Part shown: piece by piece, positions 13,886 through 25,209 of the stretch | How the letters are laid out: each line of letters starts with the position of its first letter | Numbering within the stretch: position 1 is the stretch's first letter | DNA from: Heterodontus francisci | Lineage: Eukaryota | Length of the DNA: 64,000 bases | NCBI RefSeq assembly: GCF_036365525.1 | Contig: NC_090406.1 | Location: 12,824,254-12,888,253 of the forward strand | Reading direction: 5' to 3' | The notes under the pieces: generated by a model | The model's database searches: none | What the model was told of the DNA's origin: nothing | The model's input: only the letters and a program-made list of their open reading frames with translations | Program-made: the position numbers and the translations under genes

Positions 13886-14231
13886 TTAGTTTAGTTTAGA
13901 GATACAGCACTGAAACAGGCCCTTCGGCCCACCGAGTCTGTGCCGACCATCAACCACCCATTTACACTCATCCTACACTAATCCCATTTTCCTACCACAT
14001 CCCCACCTGTCCCTATATTTCCCTACCACCTACCTATACTAGGGGCAATTTATAATGGCCAATTTACCTACCAACCTGCAAGTCTTTTGGCTTGTGGGAG
14101 GAAACCGGAGCACCCGGAGAAAACCCACGCAGACACAGGGAGAATTTGCAAACTCCACGCAGGCAATACCCAGAATTGAACCCGGGTTGCTGGAGCTGTG
14201 AGGCTGCGGTGCTAACCACTGTGCCACTGTG
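13886..14231 (-). mobile_element. tRNA-derived V-SINE (HE1-like), full length
   Basis: A-box TGGCACAGTGG, B-box GGTTCAATTC, V-domain and (taaac)n tail on - strand. Confidence 0.88.
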
Positions 14232-14372
14232 ATAGCCCTAGTGATTAGTTTATAGTGATCAGATTACAGCAGATATGACCCTACCCTCTGTACATTGTTT
14301 TTGCAGACAGTTTGATGGCCTGAGTCATTTCACACAATGGGAATGTTTGCTGTTAATTCAAGTCTTGAATGG

Positions 14373-14500
14373 TGTTACGGCCAGGTGAGAAAGGAGTCTC
14401 TGGTTCCTCTCAGCTTTTTCCTGGTTTAGTCGTAACGGTTTAACTTTTAAAATAGTGTTTTTGGCTTCCCCTCTGAATCCTTGCTCACTGCTCTCTAATT
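14373..14500 (-). mobile_element. LTR fragment, same family as 8071 and 55953
   Basis: tgttacggccaggtgagaaagg...tgaatccttgctcactgct matches the terminus of 55953-56828. Confidence 0.7.
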
Positions 14501-14793
14501 GTGACTGAGTCTATCTTAGTAAATGTACAAAGGGCATCCTGTTTCATAACTCTACTTCTGCTATTGTTGCAATAAACATTGCCTCCTCCCATCTCCCTAA
14601 TATAGTATACCAATATACATTTAACATGATTCTAAACACAAAGTCCACAACTTATATCGCCATGTATTAGATTAAAACTATATATATGTACATACATACC
14701 AAGTATAGCTACTTCTGAACATATCTGCAACATAATTTAAAATCGTTCTAATTAAAAACATAGCATCTCATGAGAGTTTTATCAGACTATAAC

Positions 14794-16030
14794 TTTTTTT
14801 TTTTAGAATTAGAATATTACAGCGCAGTACAGGCCCTTCGGCCCTCGATGTTGCGCCGATCATCTGACCTACACTATTCCATTTTCATCCATATGTCTAT
14901 CCAATGACCACTTAAATGCCCTTAAAGTTGGCGAGTCTACTACTGTTGCAGGCAGGGCGTTCCACGTCCCTACTACTCTCTGTGTAAAGAAACTACCTCT
15001 GACATCTGTCCTATATCTTTCACCCCTCAACTTAAAGCTATGTCCCCTCGTGTTTGCCATCCTCATCCGAGGAAAAAGACTCTCACTATCCATCCTATCT
15101 AACCCTCTGATTATCTTGTATGTCTCTATTAAGTCACCTCTCCTCCTCCTTCTCTCTAACGAAAACAACCCCAAGTCTCTCAGCCTTTCCTCGTAAGACC
15201 TTCCTTCCATACCAGGCAACATCCTAGTAAATCTTCTCTGCACCCTTTCCAAAGCTTCCACATCCTTCCTATAATGCGGTGACCAGAACTGCACGCAATA
15301 CTCCAGGTGCGGCCTCACCAGAGTTTTGTACAGCTGCATCATGACCCCGTGGCTCTGAAACTCGATCCCCCTACTAATAAAGGCTAACACACCATATGCC
15401 TTCTTAACAGCCCTATTAACCTGGGTAGCAACTTTCAGGGATTTATGGACCTGGATACCAAGATCTCTCTGCTCATCTACACTACCAAGAATCTTCCCAT
15501 TAGCCCAGTACTCTGCATTGCTGTTACTCCTTCCAAAGTGAATCACCTCACACTTCTCCGCATTAAACTCCATTTGCCATCTCTCAGCCCAGCTCTGCAG
15601 CCTATCTATGTCCCTCTGTACCCTACAACACCCTTCGACACTATCCACAACTCCACCGACCTTCGTGTCATCCGCAAATTTACTAACCCACCCTTCTACA
15701 CCCTCATCCAGGTCGTTTATAAAAATGACAAACAGCAGTGGCCACAAAACAGAACCTTGCGGTACACCACTAGTAACTAAACTCCAGGATGAACATTTGC
15801 CATCAACCACCACCCTCTGTCTTCTTTCAGCTAGCCAATTTCTGATCCAAAGCTCTAAATCACCTTCAACCCCATACTTCCGTATTTTCTGCAATAGCCT
15901 ACCGTGGGGAACCTTATCAAACGCCTTACTGAAATCCATATACACCACATCCACGGCTTTACCCTCATCCACCTGTTTGGTCACCTTCTCGAAAAACTCT
16001 AAGGTTTGTGAGGCACGACCTACCTTTCAC
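14794..16030 (-). mobile_element. Young 5'-truncated CR1 LINE with an uninterrupted RT ORF (14869-15984, 371 aa)
   Basis: DFSKAFD, GVPQGSVL and FADD RT motifs; CR1 C-terminus; TTCTAA/poly(A) tail at 14794-14815. Confidence 0.95.
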
Positions 16031-16189
16031 AAACACCACCTATAGCTACTTCTGAACATATCTGCAACACCTTGTATAAATTCATCCAACAGATAAAATA
16101 TGGCAGAGGTTAACCCTTTAGTTCCTACATTGCAAAAGTCATGAGGAAGAACACAATTTTATTATCACTAAATGATTTTTCTTTATGCT

Positions 16190-16600
16190 CCTGTGCTCGG
16201 TGACCTACATTGACTCCCAGTTAAGGAATGCCTCAATTTTACAATTAGCATCCCTAGTTTCAAATTTTGCCATTGCTTCACCCTTCCCTATCTCTCTCGC
16301 CATCTCCTGCCCTACAAACCTCAGATATCTGTGTTCCTCCAACTCTTATGCATCACTGATTGCAGTGGTTTCACTACTGCTGAATGTGCCTTCAGCTACC
16401 AAAGCCCTAAGTTCCATCAGTTCCCTCCCTAAAGCTCTCTGCCCCTCTTTCCTCTAAGATGCTCCTTAAAACCTACATCTTTGTCCAAACATTTGGTAGT
16501 CTGTTCTAATATATTATGCACCTAGGTGTAAAATGTTGTTTGATGATGCTTCTGTGAAGCACCTGGAGCTGTTTTACTATGTTAAAGCTGCTATATAAAT
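16190..16600 (+). mobile_element. L2 LINE 3' fragment, degenerate
   Basis: cctgtgctcggtgacctacattg (PVLxDLHW remnant) and L2 tail ...ctatataaat. Confidence 0.7.
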
Positions 16601-16914
16601 AGCTTTATCAAAAGGAAATTGGGTAGATATTTAAAAAGCAACAATAAAATGTGGTGAGAAGGCATGGAAGTCATGTTGTCATTTCTGAGTAGACATCACT
16701 TTTTGTACCCATTCCTCAGCTTTTATTGATGCCTGAAAGCCTATCCTACTAGCTACTCGTTCCACCAATCTCTCCCTTTCATCATCACCAATTATTGTAA
16801 CCATTCACTTTCCTCTTCAAGTGCACCATTCCACAGCTCCCTGCTACTCAACCTGATTGCCAGCCTTCGTACATAATTAACCCTTGTGTGATACTCCACC
16901 ACGCCTCCATTTCT

Positions 16915-18960
16915 CATTCTTTTGGGCCTCCTTATCTCGAGAGACAATGGATACGCGCCTGGAGGTGGTCAGTGGTTTGTGAAGCAGCGCCTGGAGTGGC
17001 TATAAAGGCCAATTCTGGAGTGACAGGCTCTTCCACAGGTGCTGCAGAGAAATTTGTTTGTTGGGGCTGTTGCACAGTTGGCTCTCCCCTTGCGCCTCTG
17101 TCTTTTTTCCTGCCAACTACTAAGTCTCTTCGACTCGCCACAATTTAGCCCTGTCTTTATGGCTGCCCGCCAGCTCTGGCGAATGCTGGCAACTGACTCC
17201 CACGACTTGTGATCAATGTCACACGATTTCATGTCGCGTTTGCAGACGTCTTTATAACGGAGACATGGACGGCCGGTGGGTCTGATACCAGTGGCGAGCT
17301 CGCTGTACAATGTGTCTTTGGGGATCCTGCCATCTTCCATGCGGCTCACGTGGCCAAGCCATCTCAAGCGCCGCTGACTCAGTAGTGTGTATAAGCTGGG
17401 GATGTTGGCCGCTTCAAGGACTTCTGTGTTGGAGATATAGTCCTGCCACCTGATGCCAAGTATTCTCCGAAGGCAGCGAAGATGGAATGAATTGAGACGT
17501 CGCTCTTGGCTGGCATACGTTGTCCAGGCCTCGCTGCCGTAGAGCAAGGTACTGAGGACACAGGCCTGATACACTCGGACTTTTGTGTTCCGTGTCAGTG
17601 CGCCATTTTCCCACACTCTCTTGGCCAGTCTGAACATAGCAGTGGAAGCCTTACCCATGCGCTTGTTGATTTCTGCATCTAGAGACAGGTTACTGGTGAT
17701 AGTTGAGCCTAGGTAGGTGAACTCTTGAACCACTTCCAGAGCGTGGTCGCCAATATTGATGGATGGAGCATTTCTGACATCCTGCCCCATGATGTTCGTT
17801 TTCTTGAGGCTGATGGTTAGGCCAAATTCATTGCAGGCAGACGCAAACCTGTCGATGAGACTCTGCAGGCATTCTTCAGTGTGAGATGTTAAAGCAGCAT
17901 CGTCAGCAAAGAGGAGTTCTCTGATGAGGACTTTCCGTACTTTGGACTTCGCTCTTAGACGGGCAAGGTTGAACAACCTGCCCCCTGATCTTGTGTGGAG
18001 GAAAATTCCTTCTTCAGAGGATTTGAACGCATGTGAAAGCAGCAGGGAGAAGAAAATCCCAAAAAGTGTGGGTGCGAGAACACAGCCCTGTTTCACACCA
18101 CTCAGGATAGGAAAGGGCTCTGATGAGGAGCCACCATGTTGAATTGTGCCTTTCATATTGTCATGGAATGAGGTGATGATACTTAGTAGCTTTGGTGGAC
18201 ATCCGATCTTTTCTAGTAGTCTGAAGAGACCACGTCTGCTGACGAGGTCAAAGGCTTTGGTGAGATCAATGAAAGCAATGTAGAGGGGCATCTGTTGTTC
18301 ACGGCATTTCTCCTGTATCTGACGAAGGGAGAACAGCATGTCAATAGTCGATCTCTCTGCACGAAAGCCACACTGTGCCTCAGGGTAGACGCGCTCGGCC
18401 AGCTTCTGGAGCCTGTTCAGAGCGACTCGAGCAAAGACTTTCCCCACTATGCTGAGCAGGGAGATTCCACGGTAGTTGTTGCAGTCACCGCGGTCACCTT
18501 TGTTTTTATAGAGGGTGATGATGTTGGCATCGCGCATGTCCTGGGGTACTGCTCCCTCGTCCCAGCACAGGCATAGCAGTTCATGTAGTGCTGAGAGTAT
18601 AGCAGGCTTGGCACTCTTGATTATTTCAGGGGTAATGCTGTCCTTCCCAGGGGCTTTTCCGCTGGCTAGGGAATCAATGGCATCACTGAGTTCCGATTTG
18701 GTTGGCTGTATGTCCAGCTCATCCATGACTGGTAGAGGCTGGGCTGCATTGAGGGCAGTCTCAGTGACAGCATTCTCCCTGGAGTACAGTTCTAGGTAGT
18801 GCTCAACCCAGCGGTCCATCTGTTTGCGTTGGTCAGTGATTATGTCCCCCGATTTAGATTTGAGGGGGGTGATCTTCTTGATGGTTGGCCCAAGAGCTCT
18901 CTTCATGCCATCATACATTCCTCTGATGTTTCCGGTGTCTGAGGCCAGCTGAATATGACC
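16915..18960 (-). mobile_element. Young 5'-truncated RTE-clade LINE with an intact RT ORF of about 660 aa (stop at 16969)
   Basis: NYRGISLLS, QCGFR, FIDLTKAFD, GVKQGCVLAP, LLFADD, RRLRWLGHV and C-terminal CxxC..H..C motifs; no stops or frameshifts; endonuclease domain missing. Confidence 0.96.
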
Positions 18961-18996
18961 AACTGAATTACCCACCAACTAAATACAATGTCTTGA

Positions 18997-19002
18997 TTTA
19001 TT
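18997..19002 (-). terminator. Putative poly(A) signal of the connexin gene
   Basis: AATAAA on - strand about 150 nt past the stop codon, followed by GU-rich tttagttggtgggt. Confidence 0.65.
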
Positions 19003-19153
19003 AGCTAGTAATGTATCAGCTATTGGACTAATTAGTATAATGAAGACAACCTTGCTCACTGTCTAAACAAATATAAAACTTACACTGTAAATGATATCAA
19101 ATATTAAATAATGCACACGTGACATTTCATATACAGCTTTGGAAAGCACAACT

Positions 19154-19711
19154 TTACCAACTGAAGAATACATCTCTTACCCCTATCAATAGAGATGCAA
19201 ATGAACAAGTGTACATGAACATCACAAACACATTTTTCTGCTGACTTTTCAGCATAGTGCAGAAGACTGTCTTCTCACAGGGAGTTATAGCACATTTAAA
19301 TGTGCGTTGTCTCAGTACATTTGGGTACAGCATATGATGCCAAAAAAGGAAGATTGCTTCAATAAATATTTTGCCAAGCATGCTGGGAAAGCTGATTTTA
19401 AAGTTGTGCCTCAACTGTCTCGGGCTGCCTCCGTTATACAAAGAGTTTGCCAGCGCTAGGGTGAAAATGCATACAATTTGCAGTGTGAACAAAGTAAAGG
19501 GTGACAAAGGTGAAAGTTCGGTATAGCATTGGTGGTGACAGCCCACCTGGGTGGAATTACAGGTCAGATCTTGAAGGTCATCTTCCCAAACGGTATTTGT
19601 GCTGATGATAACTGCGAAGAGACGAATGGCGAAGAATGAGGCCAAACCGTTTCTGGTGCAAGAGGAGACATGGGATCCAGTGCCACTCAGCAAAGCCAAG
19701 GCCTGCTCCAT
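19154..19711 (-). CDS. Highly divergent minimal connexin (gap-junction family protein), 185 aa
   Basis: E1 VWEDDLQDLTC-x6-C-x3-CY and E2 C-x4-C-x5-C...KNVF..FM, matching connexin cysteine spacing; four hydrophobic segments; N-terminal LLSG as in beta connexins; ATG in strong Kozak context (GTTATGG); splice acceptor (pyrimidine tract...tatag) ends at 19724. Confidence 0.88.
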   Translation of the reverse strand: MEQALALLSGTGSHVSSCTRNGLASFFAIRLFAVIISTNTVWEDDLQDLTCNSTQVGCHHQCYTELSPLSPFTLFTLQIVCIFTLALANSLYNGGSPRQLRHNFKISFPSMLGKIFIEAIFLFWHHMLYPNVLRQRTFKCAITPCEKTVFCTMLKSQQKNVFVMFMYTCSFASLLIGVRDVFFSW

Positions 19712-19924
19712 AACCAAGCCCACCTATAGTTCCATTTAGACAAAGTGATGAGGGAAAAAGAACACAGGTGGATTAGCACTGGCACCTTCCTAATTACTGC
19801 ACTGATATTCCTGTACAGACACAGAAGCCTTACAATTTAATATTCTCTACGTAATCCATTAAGTTCAGGTCAGTTCATCCTGTCTGTCGCACCTTGCAAA
19901 TAAACACTTGTTCTTATTGATACA

Positions 19925-20056
19925 GAAGGAAAATACCGTGGATGCTGGAAATCTGCAATAAAAACAAAATGCTGGAAATACTCAGCAGGTCAGGCAGCAT
20001 CTGTGGAGAAAGAAACACAGTTAACGTTTCAGGTCGATGAACCAGAGTTTCGATGA
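19925..20056 (-). mobile_element. Penelope-like pLTR fragment
   Basis: Homologous to 24580-24700 (ggatgctggaaatctg...cagcatctgtggaga...gttaacgtttc); further decayed copies at about 20.87-21.1, 27.5, 29.7 and 38.1 kb. Confidence 0.7.
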
Positions 20057-20059
20057 AAG

Positions 20060-20800
20060 TTTACAGAGATTGAGAGAGACAATGTCGTGGAGGGGTTTGA
20101 TTGCAAGGATGAGAATTTTAAAATTGAGGCATTGCTGGACCGGGAACCAATGTAGGTCAGTGATGGGTGAGTAGGACTTAGTACAAGTTTGGGTGCAGGC
20201 AGCTCAACTTTCAATGAGCTAACGTTTACGGAGGATGGGAGATGGGATTCCAACCAGGAGAACATTGGAATAGTCGAGTCTGGAGGGAATAAAAGCATGG
20301 ATGAGGGTTTTATCAGCAGCTGTACTGAGGCAGGGGTTGGAGATGGGTGATATTAAGGCAGTGCACATAAGCACTATACTGATGGAGAGGATTATGGGGC
20401 TGGAAACTCAGCCAAAGGTTGAATAGAATGCTGAGGTTCCAAACAGTCTGGCCCAGACTCAGAGTGGCAAGGGAGAAGAATGGAATTGATGGCGAGAGAA
20501 CGGAGTTTGTGGCAGAGGCGGAAGACAACAGCTTAGGTCTTCCCAATATCAATTTGGAGGAAATTTCTGCTCAACCAATACTGGATGTTGGAAAAGATTG
20601 AATGCAATGCAGGGGTTGAGAGAGGTGTACTTGAGGTAGAGTTGGGTGCCGTCAGCATACATGTGGAACCTGACGTTTTTGTGGATGATGTCACCAAGGG
20701 GCAGCATTTGGCTGAGAACTAGGAAGGGGGGGGGGGGGGCAAGGATAGATCCTTGGGGGCCTCCAGAGGCAACAGTGGGAGAGTGGGAAGAGAAGCCATA
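20060..20800 (-). mobile_element. L2 LINE fragment, degenerate
   Basis: Reverse strand carries FHMYADGTQLYL and LTYIGSR/LHW-region remnants homologous to 25210-26060. Confidence 0.75.
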
Positions 20801-21195
20801 CTGAATTATAAATTGACAATCCTGGAAAGTACACAGTGGGTTTGGACCTGAAAGAAGTTAATGAAAACAGAAAATACTGGAAATCCACAGCAGGCCGGAG
20901 ATCCTCAGAGAGAGAAAGACCCAAACATTAAATAAAAAAAGCAAAATACTGCAGCTGCTTAAAATGAGAATCGGAAACATTCAGCACATCAGGGAGCATC
21001 TGTGGAAGATGGGGGTAACGTTTCATGTCGATGACCTTTTGCCAAGAGCAGAATGTCTTCAAGCTGGGTATTCCTGGAAGAGAATTGACCTGAAACGTTT
21101 TTGTTTCACTTTTGTCGCTGGGTTACCTGGAGTTAGAATGGTTTGTTGCAGTACTTAGTCCTGAAGATACAATTTTTCTAAATGTTTCCACATAC

Positions 21196-21330
21196 CTTTC
21201 GATCCTATTTGAAGTGATTCCAGATTAATATGTCTCACTCCTCTCAAAACGCGGACTCGGCTGTATCTGTGTGGTTCTTCTGTGGTGCTTTGTTTAATGG
21301 TAAATGAAGTTGAGGCGGTGTTTATATATT
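21196..21330 (-). promoter_or_regulatory. Candidate TATA box and non-coding exon 1 of the connexin gene
   Basis: TATATAAA (- strand, 21321-21328), an ATG-free stretch of about 100 nt, then donor AAG|GTATGT at 21196/21195; unique non-repeat sequence; fits the usual two-exon connexin layout. Confidence 0.5.
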
Positions 21331-22698
21331 TCGATGTTACCAATAACCGTCAAACCACAGGTAATGGGTCCAGAATGAAATGGAGGAGGAGCTAGGATTA
21401 GAAGCTTTTTTGGATTGGGCCTGAATTAAATTACCGCCCAGAAATCATCAGCTGTTATATAGTCTGAGATAAAGCAAAATTAAACGAACTAAAATGCAAT
21501 CACATAGTAATGCATCTATAATGTAGTGTATCTATACTTCAAACTGCATCAGCGGATGCTGGGGAAAAGGTTTTCATTCTAATAACCTAAAACTTTTGAT
21601 AGCACTTATTACAAAAAGTTTCGTTTTTACTATTGACGTTCCAAGTACCCAAACCGTGTAAGTTGGTTGTATTCAGTTTCTTTGTCACACCCATGTGTAT
21701 TTAGGACCTGTATCATTGTGTGCTGTGCCAGATGAGCCGAATTCCCAATATCCTCCCTGAATATTCCCGTCAAATCGAATTGTAATCAAACTGCTTAGTG
21801 ATAAGAAAAATGTGTTACGGGAAACTGAAAGTTGCACACCTGAGAAAACCTGAGTGCAACAATTGCAACAGCTTGCGTTTATGTAACAGCTTTAACAGGA
21901 AAACTTGCAAAGGTGCTTCGCAGGAGCATTATCAGACAAAATTAGACATCAAACCACATAAGGAGATATTGGGGCAGGTGACTATAAGTTTGGTTCTTAT
22001 ATTACAACAGTGAATGTATTGAAATAAAAAGTATTTCATTAGCTGTAAAGCACTTTGGGGCATCCTGAGGTTGTGAAATGTGCTATAAAAATGCAATCCC
22101 AGGAATTTTGAGGTCGGTATGTCTTCAGGGCAGTTTCCTGCATTACAACAGTGACTACACTTCAAAATTAATTCATTAGCTGTAAAGCGCTTTAAGACTT
22201 GAAAAGCGCTGTGTAGTACAATCCTTAAACTTGCACCATGCAATCTTAATGGTCAATGGGAGGTTGGTCAAACTCTTTCTTGAATTGGAAGGCTTTGCTC
22301 TTGTTTCTAAAAGTGCCCAGGGTTTGCAGGATGATTTAATTCCCATCCAGTTTGATGATTGTGATGGGTTTAGTGACGTGGCCCACCTGTCAGATTGCAG
22401 AGCCCACTCCCATTACCTTCATGTAAGTGTCAAAGTTCTAGGAATCTACCAGTCTCCATATGGCCAAGAACATCATCACCATGATGCTGGGCCAATGGGC
22501 AGAGGCAGATTCAAAAAACCTACAGTTCTGATATTAATGATATAAACGCACAGAGAAATGATACCCCAATCTGAATTTGAACCAGTGCCAAATATGCAAG
22601 TGCCTACGAATCTTGAATCTGGTATTAAGCAGTGGAAAATTCAGCTGACACTACCTTGGGGCTGTGAATCTGCCTAGCAGGAAGAGCTCTGCATATAT

Positions 22699-23741
22699 TG
22701 TTACAGACTGTGAAATGATAGGGGTGGTTTCCCTCTTCACCTCTCAACTGACCGAAGATGTTGTGTTTTATTAGAATTGTGTTTTAAAACTTGAGCATTT
22801 TAATAGTCAATAAACAAAGAACATGTTTTCTTGTAGGTTTAAAGAAAGATAAACGTTTATTAAACAATACCTGAAAATTATTTGCATCCTCACACACGCA
22901 CACACACACAAGAAACGATAGAGATTAAAAGATAGCATGCATTTAGGTCTGATGGTTTTAAAAAGAGTTAGTGGTGAAACCTTGTTTGTTTCCCCAGGAG
23001 GAAAATTTAAATGGTGCAGGCCTGGTTTTTCTTTTCCTGGTTCACTGAAGTCAAACTTGAAAAGTTTCAGGTGGCTGGATGCTTTGCTCTGGACTTCTTT
23101 GGTTAAATCTCAGTCACAGTTCAATGGTGAAAACTGCTGTTACAATCTCTCATGCAGGGAGTTTCCAAGGTCACCTTTCATTTCTGCCTCGAGATGGTTT
23201 TAGAAATGGTATCCGGCGGGGTTTGTTGAGATGGATCTCTCTCAGCCTCCTGGCTTCTGGCGGTATGTCTTTCTGACTCAGCAATGTGTCTTATTAAAAC
23301 CTCCTTATCAGAGACCTGGCTTCTGTCAGGTGGCCAAGGTTTCTCTCTCATTATATTGTCATAAATGGTTTGATGGTGCGGCCATTGTTAGACAGCGGAT
23401 TTGGATGTTGCTCATCACTGTGCCATCTTGATATGGTGGCGTTTTTTCCACACCTATTATTTTGAGTCTGGAGACTCTATGTCTGCAAAGTCATTGTTCG
23501 TCCAACTGGTTGGAAAAGATAGCCATTAACAATGGAATGGGCCATTAGCATTTCTAATGCTTTCTTCTACACTTGACAAGCCATGACATCTGGTTCAAAG
23601 TTCTAGCAGTTACCGTGTGTATTTGCGGTACAGGAGAACAGTACCTGTTCTCTTACTCCATTTGGTTTTGCAGCCCATTTTGGAGCTCAATTCCTCAGTT
23701 CATTTTTATAGTTCATAATTGCTCCTTGGGTGAACATAACA
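22699..23741 (-). mobile_element. Solo LTR
   Basis: TGTTA...TAACA termini, 4-bp TSD ATAT (22695-22698 and 23742-23745), AATAAA on - strand at about 22856. Confidence 0.78.
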
Positions 23742-24175
23742 ATATATGGTTACAAACACATAGTTTGAATCCCAGCTGGTAAATTTGTAATGTTTGTTCC
23801 CCCAACAGTTTAAAAAAAGAATCTGCGATGAATTTATGAAGTAGCCAAGTGGTCCAACATTTTGTACCCAGCTCTACACCAGACTGAAGTTATACTCTAC
23901 ATGGTGCCAAACCCCACAAGTAATGTGAAAGGGGGTCTAAGAGGATCTCACACCATTTGATTTTAGTACATTCCAAAATTGGATGGGACCTGACTTTTTC
24001 ACCAAACCAAAATACTGCACACTGACCATCTCAGCATAAAAGTGGTAATGTAGCTGCACCCTCATACACTTGGGCTTTGCACCTTCTGCAGTATAATTCC
24101 AGTCCATTATTTTGTTTCCATACATCCACTGGATAACATGCTTTTTAAATTCCTTTTTATCTAATATTCTGTCAG

Positions 24176-24700
24176 TGAACATTGAGTTCAATAATTTCAG
24201 AGCATGACAGCCCCCCACTTTACTTTCATTTTTAGTCATTTTTAGTTTTATTTTTTCTTCCTTTTTTTTTGCATTCCTTTTTACATTTTTTGCATTTATT
24301 TCATTTCATCTTAGTTTGTTCAGTTTGCTTACCCACTGTTTTTTTTCAGGTTTGCACTTGCTGCTGTTCAATATTCAGTGTATTTACACCTAATCTGTAC
24401 TAATGCTTTGTCTTTCAACACACCATTAACATATTGTTTGCCTTTGCTCCGTGACCTTTTGGTCAGCTATGTGGCCTGGTCCAATCTAGACCTCCTTTGT
24501 TATCTCTTGCCCCACCCCCACCTCACTTGCTTATAACCTGTGACTTTTCTAATATTTGTCAGTTCCGATGAAGGGTCACTGACCCGAAACGTTAACTCTG
24601 CTTCCCTTTCCACAGATGCTGCCAGACCTGCTGAGTGGTTCCAGCATTTCTTGTTTTTATTTCAGATTTCCAGCATCCGCAGTATTTTGCTTTTATTTTA
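24176..24700 (+). mobile_element. Penelope-like element 3' end with pLTR
   Basis: Starts with NIEFNNFRA* (resembles the GIY-YIG-domain C-terminus of Penelope ORFs), T-rich 3' UTR, pLTR with hammerhead-like core, tail cttttatttta. Confidence 0.8.
24561..24597 (+). ncRNA. Minimal type-I hammerhead ribozyme-like motif in the Penelope pLTR
   Basis: AGTT-CCGATGA-A-GGGTC/ACT/GACCC-GAAA-CG-TT-AACT: stem I AGUU:AACU, stem II GGGUC:GACCC, palindromic AACGUU at stem III; core has C instead of U4. Confidence 0.6.
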
Positions 24701-25209
24701 GTGCTGTTAGGAAGGGAGTTCCAGGATTTTGACCCAGTGACATTGAAGGAACGACGATATAGTTCCAAGTCGGGGTTGGAGGGGGAACTTGCAGTTGAAT
24801 CCAAAATTCAGTATTTGTTTTTCAAAATATGGGCAGATTTTGGTCACAAATAATCTCCTTTCTACCAGTTCAAGGATTACTCTTCCGTTCTCTCTCTTCC
24901 TCCTGACTCTTTGGTTGTGACATTTGAGCCTTTCTGTCCAATTAGATTCTCATTTGTATCATTCATTGGTAAGGTCTAACTCTGGCCCCATTGCTTCTGT
25001 ATAAGTTGTAAGGCACAAGCATGAGTTCTTGATTAATTATGCTAGGCCTCTTTTCCTCAAGATGTATCTATCCATTGAGACTATCAACTTCTCAATAACT
25101 GTCAATTAATTTTTTATTATGGATAATTATGTGTCCTTAATGTGTGCCAATTTAGACCATTGGCATTTCAGACAGCAGAGAGGCTTAGGGAGGGAATTCG
25201 GAGCTTCAA

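Noticed and set aside
18961-18978. Start of the 669-aa ORF as a true RTE initiation codon
   Set aside because: RTE homology begins at about 18960; the first codons are flanking DNA and the endonuclease domain is absent, so the copy is not autonomous
19712-19735. Longer connexin N-terminus (GTG start at 19723 or upstream ATG at about 19735)
   Set aside because: The upstream ATG is followed by an in-frame TAG that doubles as the splice acceptor; the ATG at 19711 has strong Kozak context and aligns with connexin N-termini
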